A stretch of 28,641 nt of DNA from a virus (Duplodnaviria; Caudoviricetes), in IMG/VR virus record IMGVR_UViG_3300037043_000157, positions 1 through 28,641 of that record. The stretch is one strand, 5' to 3'. Within the stretch, counting starts at the first letter, position 1, and each line of letters begins with the position of its first letter. Below are positions 9,306 through 16,411 of this stretch, in pieces. The notes beneath the pieces were generated by a model, which saw only the letters and a program-made list of their open reading frames with translations, did no database searches and had not been told where the DNA came from. A program made the translations under genes and the position numbers.

Positions 9306-9646
9306 GGCAGTTTCTCCAGTTCAAAATCCGCGGTCCAGTTCAATCCGCCTTTAGACGAAAACACCGGCGGCTTGGTAAATCTTAAGACCTCGGACCCGTC
9401 ATGGGGGAAGGTAAAAGACAGGCTGCCACCGGCGGTGGTGGTGTTAAAAAAGATTTCCAGATAGCCTTTCTGCGCCGAGGTCAGGTTCATCTTGCTCTTG
9501 ATCGGGGTCACCTGGGCGGTGAACCGGCGGCGAACTTTGGCCGGTCCGGCATCCATCTCGGAACGGATCACAACCTCCGGCAAGGTTTCCTGATAACCTT
9601 CCTGGAGCCAGGCCTGGGGGAGCGTATCCGGCCAGTTTTGGGACAT
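9302..9646 (-). CDS. Distal tail protein (gpM/Dit-like)
   Basis: The likely start is ATG 9646 (MSQNWPDTLPQ...IRSEMDAGPAKVRRRFT), just after the tape-measure stop. The upstream part of track ORF 9302..10060 overlaps the tape-measure gene. Confidence 0.82.
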   Translation of the reverse strand: MSQNWPDTLPQAWLQEGYQETLPEVVIRSEMDAGPAKVRRRFTAQVTPIKSKMNLTSAQKGYLEIFFNTTTAGGSLSFTFPHDGSEVLRFTKPPVFSSKGGLNWTADFELEKLP

Positions 9647-9651
9647 ATCCC

Positions 9652-11709
9652 TTACCTCTTGGTGGCGCCGCCGCCGCTGTTGATCGCCTTGTACAACGAT
9701 CCCCGCCGGGCGTAGGCCTTGGCGGTCATCTGGTCGATGGTCACGACAATATCGCCGCTGGGGCCCTGCTCTGCACTGGCCTGGGTGTTGGGGGCGTTGT
9801 TGTTGATGGTGATGTTGACCGGGGCGCTGCCGCCGCCCACGACCTTGACCCCCAAATCCCCCCCAATCCGGGTTAACGGCATGACCGCTTCCGGCCCGGC
9901 CTCGGCCATCAAGCCATAACCGACGGCCATGGGGAAAACCCGGGGGGAATGAAACACCCCGCCACGGGCGAATCGTTGGAACACTTCGCCGTGAGCAAAG
10001 ACCCCGCCGGAAATAGAGGCCCCGGCAAAGGCCCCGCCGTCCCCGCCGCCACCCCACCAACTGGTGGATTGCATGGCCATCTTGGCCAGATTCATGATTG
10101 CCTGTGCGGCCATCTCGCTGATTATCTGCAAGACGCTGTTGGTAATATTGGTGATCACATCGCCGGCGGTTTTGGTCTGGGTCATGAGGGCGAAAATAGT
10201 GCCGCTCAATGAGGTCTGGACGTTTGCCGCGGCCTGCTTCCAGGCCGATTCCCAGCTGAACGCCTCCGGATTTATGGTTGATTGAACATGCTTGTTGACG
10301 GCGTTAATCTGGGACTTGCGGTAAGATTCCAGGGCATCCGGGCCAATCAAAGCGCCGTATTTTTCCTTAATAGCCGTGATCTCATCGTCTATGACCTGAA
10401 TCCGGGCAACTTTATAACTGTTGGCGGCGGCAAGCCGGTCCCGATAAGAAAGTTTTTCATCCCCTAGCACCGAGTCCCACAGCGTTGAAGTCTCTTTGGT
10501 CGCGTCCGCTTCCAATTTGACCCGGTCCCGTATGGCTTGAACCGACTGTTGCTTGAGATCAAAATTAGATCGCCAGGTCTCATTGATGCTGTCCATGGCG
10601 GTCTTGCGGGCGGCATCCACTTCCTTGTTGAGCTTGTCGATCTCTTTTTGAATGTCGTCGGCCATGCTCCTGCCGCCGCCACCGCCGGGTTTCGCGGGCG
10701 CCTGCCGGGTGGGGGGTTTGCGGATATCTTCGCCCCAATCGCCGCCTCCGCCGCCGCCGGTGGGAAGGCTGGGGGGTCCAACACCATGTTCATCGGCCCA
10801 TTCTCCAAAATCACCGGTGTGCACACCTGACACAATATCCGCACGGTATCGGGCAGATTTCTTAGCCGCCACAACTAAATCGGTAAGCCGGTTTATTACA
10901 TAGGTAATCGCTGGAGCGACCTCCTCATACATTTCCCGGCTAAAATTACCCCAGGCAATAGACAGGTCCCCCGCCGCGGACTTGGCCTTGCTCATGGCCT
11001 CGGCGCCTTCGGTGGTGAGCACCCCGCCAAGCTCCTTATACCGGTCAATCCACTTTTGGATTGCTTCCGGACCCTCTTTCAAGGCCAGCACCAGACCGCC
11101 GCCGCTCTTGCCGAACAGTTCCAGGGCGATCCGGGCCTGGTCCGCCGGGTCCACGTTGTCCTTCATGGCCGCGGAAATTTCCTTGAGTTTTTGGGGCAGC
11201 GGCAAGGTATTGAGGACCTCCGCCCGCAAACCCAGTTCATCCAGGGCCTTGCCGGCCTTGCCTACCGGCTCGCCGAACTCATCCACCATGCCGGTGGCCT
11301 GCTCCACCCCCTTGGCGGCGTTGGAGACGTTGCGCTGCATCCGCTCCAGGGCGATGTTGAAGGCGTCGGCATCCATGCCGCTTTTTTTGGCCACATAACC
11401 CAGGGCCGAGACATTTTCCACCGTATCATTGAGCCGCTTGGCCATTTTCAGCAGGGCGCTTTCGCTGGCGGCCAATTTGTCAAACTCTTTCAGGAAGTTC
11501 CCGACGGTGAGACCGCCGGCAAAGGACGCCGCCAAACTCACCACATTCCCTTTCAGGCTACCCAGCATCCTCCCCACAGACCCCAGCCCCTGCCCGGAGG
11601 CCTCCAGGTTCTTGACGGAACTCGCCATGTCCTGCATGGACTTGACAAAGGTCTGGGTGGCGTTGTCCTTACCCACCAGTTCAATGACTACCTTGCCGTC
11701 ATTAGCCAT
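9652..11709 (-). CDS. Tail tape measure protein
   Basis: 685 aa, Ala/Lys/Glu-rich and helical, with ALELFGKSG and a C-terminal FARGGVF...GLMAEAGPEAVMPL motif typical of lambda-like tape measures. Follows the chaperone genes. Confidence 0.92.
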   Translation of the reverse strand: MANDGKVVIELVGKDNATQTFVKSMQDMASSVKNLEASGQGLGSVGRMLGSLKGNVVSLAASFAGGLTVGNFLKEFDKLAASESALLKMAKRLNDTVENVSALGYVAKKSGMDADAFNIALERMQRNVSNAAKGVEQATGMVDEFGEPVGKAGKALDELGLRAEVLNTLPLPQKLKEISAAMKDNVDPADQARIALELFGKSGGGLVLALKEGPEAIQKWIDRYKELGGVLTTEGAEAMSKAKSAAGDLSIAWGNFSREMYEEVAPAITYVINRLTDLVVAAKKSARYRADIVSGVHTGDFGEWADEHGVGPPSLPTGGGGGGDWGEDIRKPPTRQAPAKPGGGGGRSMADDIQKEIDKLNKEVDAARKTAMDSINETWRSNFDLKQQSVQAIRDRVKLEADATKETSTLWDSVLGDEKLSYRDRLAAANSYKVARIQVIDDEITAIKEKYGALIGPDALESYRKSQINAVNKHVQSTINPEAFSWESAWKQAAANVQTSLSGTIFALMTQTKTAGDVITNITNSVLQIISEMAAQAIMNLAKMAMQSTSWWGGGGDGGAFAGASISGGVFAHGEVFQRFARGGVFHSPRVFPMAVGYGLMAEAGPEAVMPLTRIGGDLGVKVVGGGSAPVNITINNNAPNTQASAEQGPSGDIVVTIDQMTAKAYARRGSLYKAINSGGGATKR

Positions 11710-12037
11710 GTTTATGCCTCTGTTCCAAGATGCCCCGGGCCAGGGTCATGAGTTTGGAAAACAATTCGGGCCTGACACTTCGGGGGATCTCCAACAGTCT
11801 CAAGCCCGCTTCGATGCCAGCGATGTTGATGCCCCCCATGCCGTCGAAAATTGCCGCCTCAAGTTTGGCCCAGGCCAGCCAGGCCAGGAGATTGCCGGGC
11901 GCCACGCCCGGTTGTTGCTGTTCGCAGCCCTCGCAGGACCAGGCCGGATCAGCCTGGCGAGCCTGCCGGCAAGCCCGGCAGGCCTCCCAGGCGGACGCCG
12001 GCCGTCCTAACCAGCCTGCGAGGGCCCGGAGTTTTTT
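11702..12037 (-). CDS. Tail assembly chaperone frameshift extension (gpT-like part of gpGT)
   Basis: The -1 frame from the slippery site is open: KLRALAGWLGRPASAWEACRACRQARQADPAWSCEGCEQQQPGVAPGNLLAWLAW..., continuous with track ORF 11702..11905. Confidence 0.75.
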   Translation of the reverse strand, partial: KKLRALAGWLGRPASAWEACRACRQARQADPAWSCEGCEQQQPGVAPGNLLAWLAWAKLEAAIFDGMGGINIAGIEAGLRLLEIPRSVRPELFSKLMTLARGILEQRHKHG

Positions 12038-12399
12038 CCTTCCGCCTCCGCCGCCGCCTGGATCTGCTCCTGGATCAGGTTTACCAGGCCCGGTTGCTGG
12101 CCGAAGACCAGAACCTTCATTTCATCGGTGCAGGGGAGTTCTTTACCCTCACCGTCCACCAGCCCTTCCCAGGCCTTGATGCGGCGCAGCAGTTCAATCC
12201 GGTCGAAGGCGATGGCGGAAACTACCCCGGCCTCCTGGCCGCCGTTGCCGCCGGGCTCAATTTTCCATAGACCGTTTTGCCTGGCCCATTCCAGGGACTG
12301 CAATTGACTGGTGAGGTTCACCGGGGCCAGGACCACCGCCACGGTGGTCCCCTGGTAATCAATTTCAAGGCGTTTGTCGCCGGTGGCGATGGTCAGCAT
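12007..12399 (-). CDS. Tail assembly chaperone (gpG-like)
   Basis: IKAWEGLVDGEGKELPCT motif, GGAGG RBS, location upstream of the tape measure, and an ending of ...EGKN at a slippery site. Confidence 0.85.
   Translation of the reverse strand: MLTIATGDKRLEIDYQGTTVAVVLAPVNLTSQLQSLEWARQNGLWKIEPGGNGGQEAGVVSAIAFDRIELLRRIKAWEGLVDGEGKELPCTDEMKVLVFGQQPGLVNLIQEQIQAAAEAEGKNSGPSQAG
12031..12037 (-). promoter_or_regulatory. Programmed -1 ribosomal frameshift heptamer A AAA AAC
   Basis: Minus strand reads GGA AAA AAC in the chaperone frame (X XXY YYZ). The -1 frame stays open to 11702. Confidence 0.8.
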
Positions 12400-12420
12400 T
12401 TTTCCTCCAGGTTCAGGGTT

Positions 12421-12759
12421 CTAAGTCACCGCCCGCCTGATTTGGATATAGAAATCGGCGCTCTTCTCGGTCACCGCTCCACCTCCCCAGGCACACCGAA
12501 GTTCCCCTATATAGGTCGCCTCCGGCTGGTTGGTATCCGTGGCCGTCAGGTCAACGGTCACGACCCCCTGGGCCGCCAGGGTCTTGGTAAAGGCGGCATC
12601 CAGTTTGGAAAAGGTGTAGGCGGCGTCGGCTTTGTCCTTTTTGACTCCCAGGAGCAACGTGGCCCCGGAAAGATCCACGGCGGCTCCGTTCTGATCGATC
12701 ACGGTCAAGGTGAGGGTCTTGGCTTCGCCCTGCTTTAAAATTATTTTGGCCACGGGCAC
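12421..12759 (-). CDS. Small Ig-like virion protein (BppU N-terminal-like)
   Basis: KQGEAKTLTLTVIDQNGAAVDLSGAT...GVVTVDLTATDT...YIGEL pattern resembles BppU-N/Ig-like adaptor domains. GTG start after a GGAGG RBS. Confidence 0.6.
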   Translation of the reverse strand: MPVAKIILKQGEAKTLTLTVIDQNGAAVDLSGATLLLGVKKDKADAAYTFSKLDAAFTKTLAAQGVVTVDLTATDTNQPEATYIGELRCAWGGGAVTEKSADFYIQIRRAVT

Positions 12760-12765
12760 CTCCCT

Positions 12766-13131
12766 TTAGGTCGGGTCACCCAAGGTGATTTTCCAGGCCG
12801 GCCAGGTGATCGGGTTGCCCGCGGTGAGGGCCTGGCTGGTACAAGTGGTGACATAGAGCAGTCGGGACCCGTCCACCAGGGCCACAAAAAGCGCCGTGCC
12901 GGGGTTGGTCACCACGTCGGTTTTAGTCCCAACGGTTAATTTCCGCCCCCCGGCGTCGCCGTCGGCAGCGATGAAATCACCGGGGGCCATGGCAATATCC
13001 GCCAGCATATAGGTGGCAATGGCCTCTGCCCGGGTAGTAGGCTGGGCGGAACAAACACACATCAAATTAGCGTTGTTTTTGATAATGTTCAGGGCGCCGT
13101 CGAGAACATCATCGTGCACGGATTTTGCCAT
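12766..13131 (-). CDS. Hypothetical phage structural protein
   Basis: 121 aa, beta-rich, tightly packed with its neighbours and with a GGAGG RBS; function not recognised. Confidence 0.7.
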   Translation of the reverse strand: MAKSVHDDVLDGALNIIKNNANLMCVCSAQPTTRAEAIATYMLADIAMAPGDFIAADGDAGGRKLTVGTKTDVVTNPGTALFVALVDGSRLLYVTTCTSQALTAGNPITWPAWKITLGDPT

Positions 13132-13132
13132 A

Positions 13133-13780
13133 TCAAACCTCCAGGGATACGGATAATTGCTTGCATGACGGGGTAGCCGACAACAGGCGGGCTAAGATCG
13201 AAACCTGCAAATTCCCGTAGATTTCCGGGGCGGGGGCAAAGAACGTGATATTGTTAGCCGTGTGGGCGTGAAATACATCGGCAACCGCCAGAAGGTGCGT
13301 CTGGATTAAAATTATCGGGTCAACGATGTGACCGTGCTGTGCGTCAGCGACCGCCAGTAAATGATTTTGAACCAAGACCAGGGATTCGGCGGTGTGAGCG
13401 TGGACTGAGTCTTGAATCGCCAGAGGAACCGTCAGGACAAGCTCAAGGTTATCGGCGGTGTGGCCGTGGGCCGCATTAGCGACGACAAGGTTATGGGTTT
13501 GGGTTAATGCTGGTGACTCGGCAGTGTGGGCGTGTAATGCGTCTGCTACAGCCAGGTGATGGGTTTGGGTCAAAGCCGGGGAGTCAGCCGAATGAGCGTG
13601 AGAAGTGTCCTGGACGGCCAGCAGATGCGTCTGAGTTAGGCTCGGGGAATCAGCCGCGTGGGTGTGGGAAGCATCCTGGATTGCCAGGAGATACCCCGCC
13701 TCTCCCATACCCCCAGGCCAGTATTCTTTGGGCCAATACGTTTTAGGCCAATACGTTTTGGGCCAGTAGGGATAGCTCAT
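13133..13780 (-). CDS. His-x-His repeat fibre-like protein with an N-terminal YWPK(T/E) repeat
   Basis: Seven ~22-aa repeats of the type LLAxxDxxHxHxAxxxxLxQTH, preceded by YWPKTYWPKTYWPKEYWP. Confidence 0.75.
   Translation of the reverse strand: MSYPYWPKTYWPKTYWPKEYWPGGMGEAGYLLAIQDASHTHAADSPSLTQTHLLAVQDTSHAHSADSPALTQTHHLAVADALHAHTAESPALTQTHNLVVANAAHGHTADNLELVLTVPLAIQDSVHAHTAESLVLVQNHLLAVADAQHGHIVDPIILIQTHLLAVADVFHAHTANNITFFAPAPEIYGNLQVSILARLLSATPSCKQLSVSLEV
13237..13690 (-). repeat. Degenerate 66-bp (22-aa) coding tandem repeat, about 7 copies
   Basis: Protein repeats LLAIQDASHTHAADSPSLTQTH, LLAVQDTSHAHSADSPALTQTH, HLAVADALHAHTAESPALTQTH and so on. Boundaries are approximate. Confidence 0.8.
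13715..13768 (-). repeat. 15-bp coding tandem repeat, about 3.5 copies, encoding YWPK(T/E)
   Basis: Plus strand ...tttgggccaatacg ttttaggccaatacg ttttgggccagtag... Confidence 0.8.
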
Positions 13781-14314
13781 TTATGCACCTGAATCGTCAA
13801 ATGAAACCGCCGAGCGATTCCCATCCGCATCCACTGTGGCTGTTATGCGGTTCACGGCATCGGCCATGTCTCTATAGTGCTGGGTGCCAGTGCCTCCGCC
13901 GTTGGCTTTTCCGGCCAAAGCCGCCAGCATACGCCGGAGAGCCACTTTCACGGTTACCGAGCCCTCAACAATCCCGGCCAGAAAATTCGCTTCAATCTCC
14001 CCGCCGCCCTGCACATATTGTTCGCCCTCAAAATTAAGGACTGTCGTTCCGTCATCGAAGTGGACCAGCGCCTGATAGAACCCATCTGCCCAGGACGTGA
14101 TCGTTACCGCTTTTTTATACACCCCGGCCACGTTCGTGGCATCCACCTCAACCAAGGGGGTGGTGGGAGTTGTCCAAGCGGACGCTTTAAAGGTCAAGTC
14201 GTTCCAGTCCAATAAATATCCGTCAGCCACTCTGCGTATCTTTAAGGCAGTCGAGGCCGCCTTGCCGGTAAGCAAGGCCCCATTAGCGTCTGCTATCAAT
14301 GCTGAGATTTCCAT
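13781..14314 (-). CDS. Hypothetical phage structural protein
   Basis: 177 aa with a beta-rich N-terminal domain and C-terminal ALRRMLAALAGKANG...YRDMADAVNRITATVDADGNRSAV. It abuts the next gene (TAA ATG). Confidence 0.7.
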   Translation of the reverse strand: MEISALIADANGALLTGKAASTALKIRRVADGYLLDWNDLTFKASAWTTPTTPLVEVDATNVAGVYKKAVTITSWADGFYQALVHFDDGTTVLNFEGEQYVQGGGEIEANFLAGIVEGSVTVKVALRRMLAALAGKANGGGTGTQHYRDMADAVNRITATVDADGNRSAVSFDDSGA

Positions 14315-14317
14315 AGG

Positions 14318-14728
14318 TTACTCCAGTTCCACTGCCATGATTTTTTCTACATCTTCCGCCGCCACAAGCGCCGCCTTGGCCACGCTCAACTTCGTGAGCC
14401 ATTTCACCAGGGACACAGCGTTGGCCTCCAGCTTGTCCATGATGGCAGCGGGGCCGCCGTAGAGCTGCACCTGGGCGGTGACGTAGGCTTTATAGCGGGT
14501 GATGATGGCAGCATTGGTGATGACCCCGGAGAGGATGCCTACGCCCAGGAGCAGGGACTTATTCATGTCCGCGGCCACATCCTGGGGGTCGCCGATATTG
14601 TCCAGTTCCAGAAGGCGCCGCAGTTTCAATTTGAGATAATGAATCCGGGCTAGTGCGGCCAAAACGGTTTCGGTTTCCAAGCCGGCGAGCACCTTGCCAT
14701 AGATTGAGAGTTGGTCTTCGGGGGTCAT
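14318..14728 (-). CDS. Hypothetical helical protein coupled to the RT gene
   Basis: The start overlaps the RT stop (ATGA) and follows an AGGAGG RBS; 136 aa. Confidence 0.7.
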   Translation of the reverse strand: MTPEDQLSIYGKVLAGLETETVLAALARIHYLKLKLRRLLELDNIGDPQDVAADMNKSLLLGVGILSGVITNAAIITRYKAYVTAQVQLYGGPAAIMDKLEANAVSLVKWLTKLSVAKAALVAAEDVEKIMAVELE

Positions 14729-15729
14729 GCCATCGCCTCCTGTAATTTTTGATAGGTCCGGGGCAAACGGATGGAGTGCGGGGCGGCCTTTGCCAGGCGC
14801 AGCATGTAGGGCAGAGAATCAGTACCCTTGGCGTGCCCCAACAGCGACACTACCGCCTGCTGGTCGCCGGCCTTCAATCTCCGGCTGAATTTATAAAGGC
14901 TATATTTGCGGATGATTCGTTTCGTTTTCCAGGTGCGGTAGCCGACAAAATTAACCCCTCGCTTGACCCGCTGGATCGTGGATTTGGATAATTCCAGGTG
15001 CAGGCTGCTTCTTAGAAATCCTACGATCCGGTCCCGGTAAGCCAGCGCCTGTTCCCGGCTGAGGCCCACCAGCACCATATCGTCCACATAGCGGGCATAA
15101 TGCTTAACTTTCAGGACCCGCTTGATGAAATGATCCACCGGATTGAGATAGATCAGGGCGTAAAGCTGGCTCAGGAGGTTGCCGATGGGGATGCCCAGGG
15201 GGTCGCCGGTGTCGGCGAACAGCATCATCACTTCCACCAGGCGGCGATCCTTGAGCTTGCGTTCGATCAGTTCCCGGAGAATCTGCCGGTCGATGGAGTA
15301 AAAGAACTTCCGCCCATCGAGCTTCAAAACATAGGAGTCGCCACCATAATGCCGGAGGGCCTTTTGGGTGTAATCGCTGGCTTTATGCGTCCCGTAGCCG
15401 TTCCTGCAGGCAAAAGAGGTGGAAATAAAGGTGCGATCGAATACGGGATAGATCACCCGGTAAATTGCGTGCTGTAGTACGATGTCCCGAAAGGACGGCG
15501 CATAGATTACTCGAGGCTTAGGCTCGTAAACCATGAACTTGAAATAAGGCTGCGGCCGATAGGTGCCGGCATGGACTTCGGAATGCAGGGCCGCCAGATT
15601 GCCTCCCAGGTGAATTTCAAATTCAAAGCAGGCTCGCTTACCCCGTTTGCCCCGCCGGGCGTCGAGGTATGCCTGGTATAGGTTGCCCCGGCTGAATGCC
15701 TGTTCAAATAAGTTGCCAAATCGTTTCAT
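14725..15729 (-). CDS. DGR reverse transcriptase (Brt-like)
   Basis: RT motifs: EPKPRVIYAPSFRDIVLQHA, SFACRNGYGTHKA, VLKLDGRKFFYSID, GIPIGNLLSQ (the SQ signature of DGR RTs), YARYVDD and NFVGYR. The likely start is ATG 15729 (MKRFGNLF, 334 aa). No maturase or endonuclease domain. Confidence 0.95.
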   Translation of the reverse strand: MKRFGNLFEQAFSRGNLYQAYLDARRGKRGKRACFEFEIHLGGNLAALHSEVHAGTYRPQPYFKFMVYEPKPRVIYAPSFRDIVLQHAIYRVIYPVFDRTFISTSFACRNGYGTHKASDYTQKALRHYGGDSYVLKLDGRKFFYSIDRQILRELIERKLKDRRLVEVMMLFADTGDPLGIPIGNLLSQLYALIYLNPVDHFIKRVLKVKHYARYVDDMVLVGLSREQALAYRDRIVGFLRSSLHLELSKSTIQRVKRGVNFVGYRTWKTKRIIRKYSLYKFSRRLKAGDQQAVVSLLGHAKGTDSLPYMLRLAKAAPHSIRLPRTYQKLQEAMA

Positions 15730-15850
15730 AAAGCCCTTCTGGTCTTCGGATTGCGTCCTACCAAGAAGAAGGTTTTTCCCGATTTCGCCCGAGGCTGGAT
15801 AACCTATCCCTGTTCTTCCACTGTCCGCATGAGGGCGGTTTGAGGAAATG

Positions 15851-15963
15851 CAGTCGCAACGCCAGCTCACATTGTTGTTCGAGTTCGTCCGGTTGTTGTT
15901 CCAATTCAGATACCAGACTCCCGCATTGGACGTGTTGTTCCAATTCGCACAGGAGATGGGGCA
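15851..15963 (-). repeat. DGR template repeat (TR), part of the non-coding RNA template
   Basis: 113-bp ungapped match to 16425-16537. It carries 31 adenines on the minus strand, including 12 AAY codons, and lies between avd and RT. Confidence 0.95.
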
Positions 15964-15985
15964 TGTTAATAGGTAACCCATACAT

Positions 15986-16390
15986 TCAGTTCCAGCGGTT
16001 ATCGTCTTTGAGCTTTTTGATCCAGCCGCCGATCATTTTGCCGACCTCATCTACCAGGGCGGTGATAGCCTGAAAGCGGTTTTCCTCCCGTTCCAAAAAG
16101 TGCTTGTCTTCCTGCTTGCCGTCCTTGAACCGGAAATAGCCCAACTCGTAAGCCAGATAGATCTGCATCCGCAGCTTCTCGTGGGCGATATCCAGATTGG
16201 TTAAGGTGGTTTTCTTGAGATAGCGTTTTTCTCCTTCGGTGATGTGGTCGTAAATGGCATAAGCCGTGTTTCTGATGTTGTTGCATAAGGCGTATTTCTC
16301 ATGCTTGGGAAAATGGTTAAGATAGATGTTTAAGAGCTTTAATAACTCCCCCATTTTTCGATAAAGCCTCGGCTCGCTGTGCACCCCCAT
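15986..16390 (-). CDS. avd: DGR accessory variability determinant (four-helix bundle)
   Basis: 134 aa, basic and helical, with HFPKHEKYALCNNIRN, LTNLDIAHEKLRMQIYLAYELGY and EVGKMIGGWIK motifs of the bAvd family; lies between target and TR. Confidence 0.93.
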   Translation of the reverse strand: MGVHSEPRLYRKMGELLKLLNIYLNHFPKHEKYALCNNIRNTAYAIYDHITEGEKRYLKKTTLTNLDIAHEKLRMQIYLAYELGYFRFKDGKQEDKHFLEREENRFQAITALVDEVGKMIGGWIKKLKDDNRWN

Positions 16391-16411
16391 TCCCGCCTCG
16401 TTATCACTCGG

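Noticed and set aside
9647-10060. Long version of ORF 9302..10060
   Set aside because: The Arg/Gly-rich upstream part overlaps the tape-measure gene in another frame. The recognisable protein starts at ATG 9646.
13237-13768. Repeats as a CRISPR array
   Set aside because: The repeats are degenerate, in-frame coding repeats with no constant repeat/unique spacer structure, and no cas genes are present.
14725-15729. RT as a group II intron, retron or Abi-type RT
   Set aside because: It is short with no maturase or endonuclease domain, has the SQ signature, and is flanked by avd and an A-mismatched TR/VR pair, all diagnostic of a DGR.
15758-15985. 75-aa ORF over the TR (MYGLPINM...)
   Set aside because: It is an alternative-frame reading of the TR and spacer. 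The EQQ-rich content simply reflects the AAC repeats.
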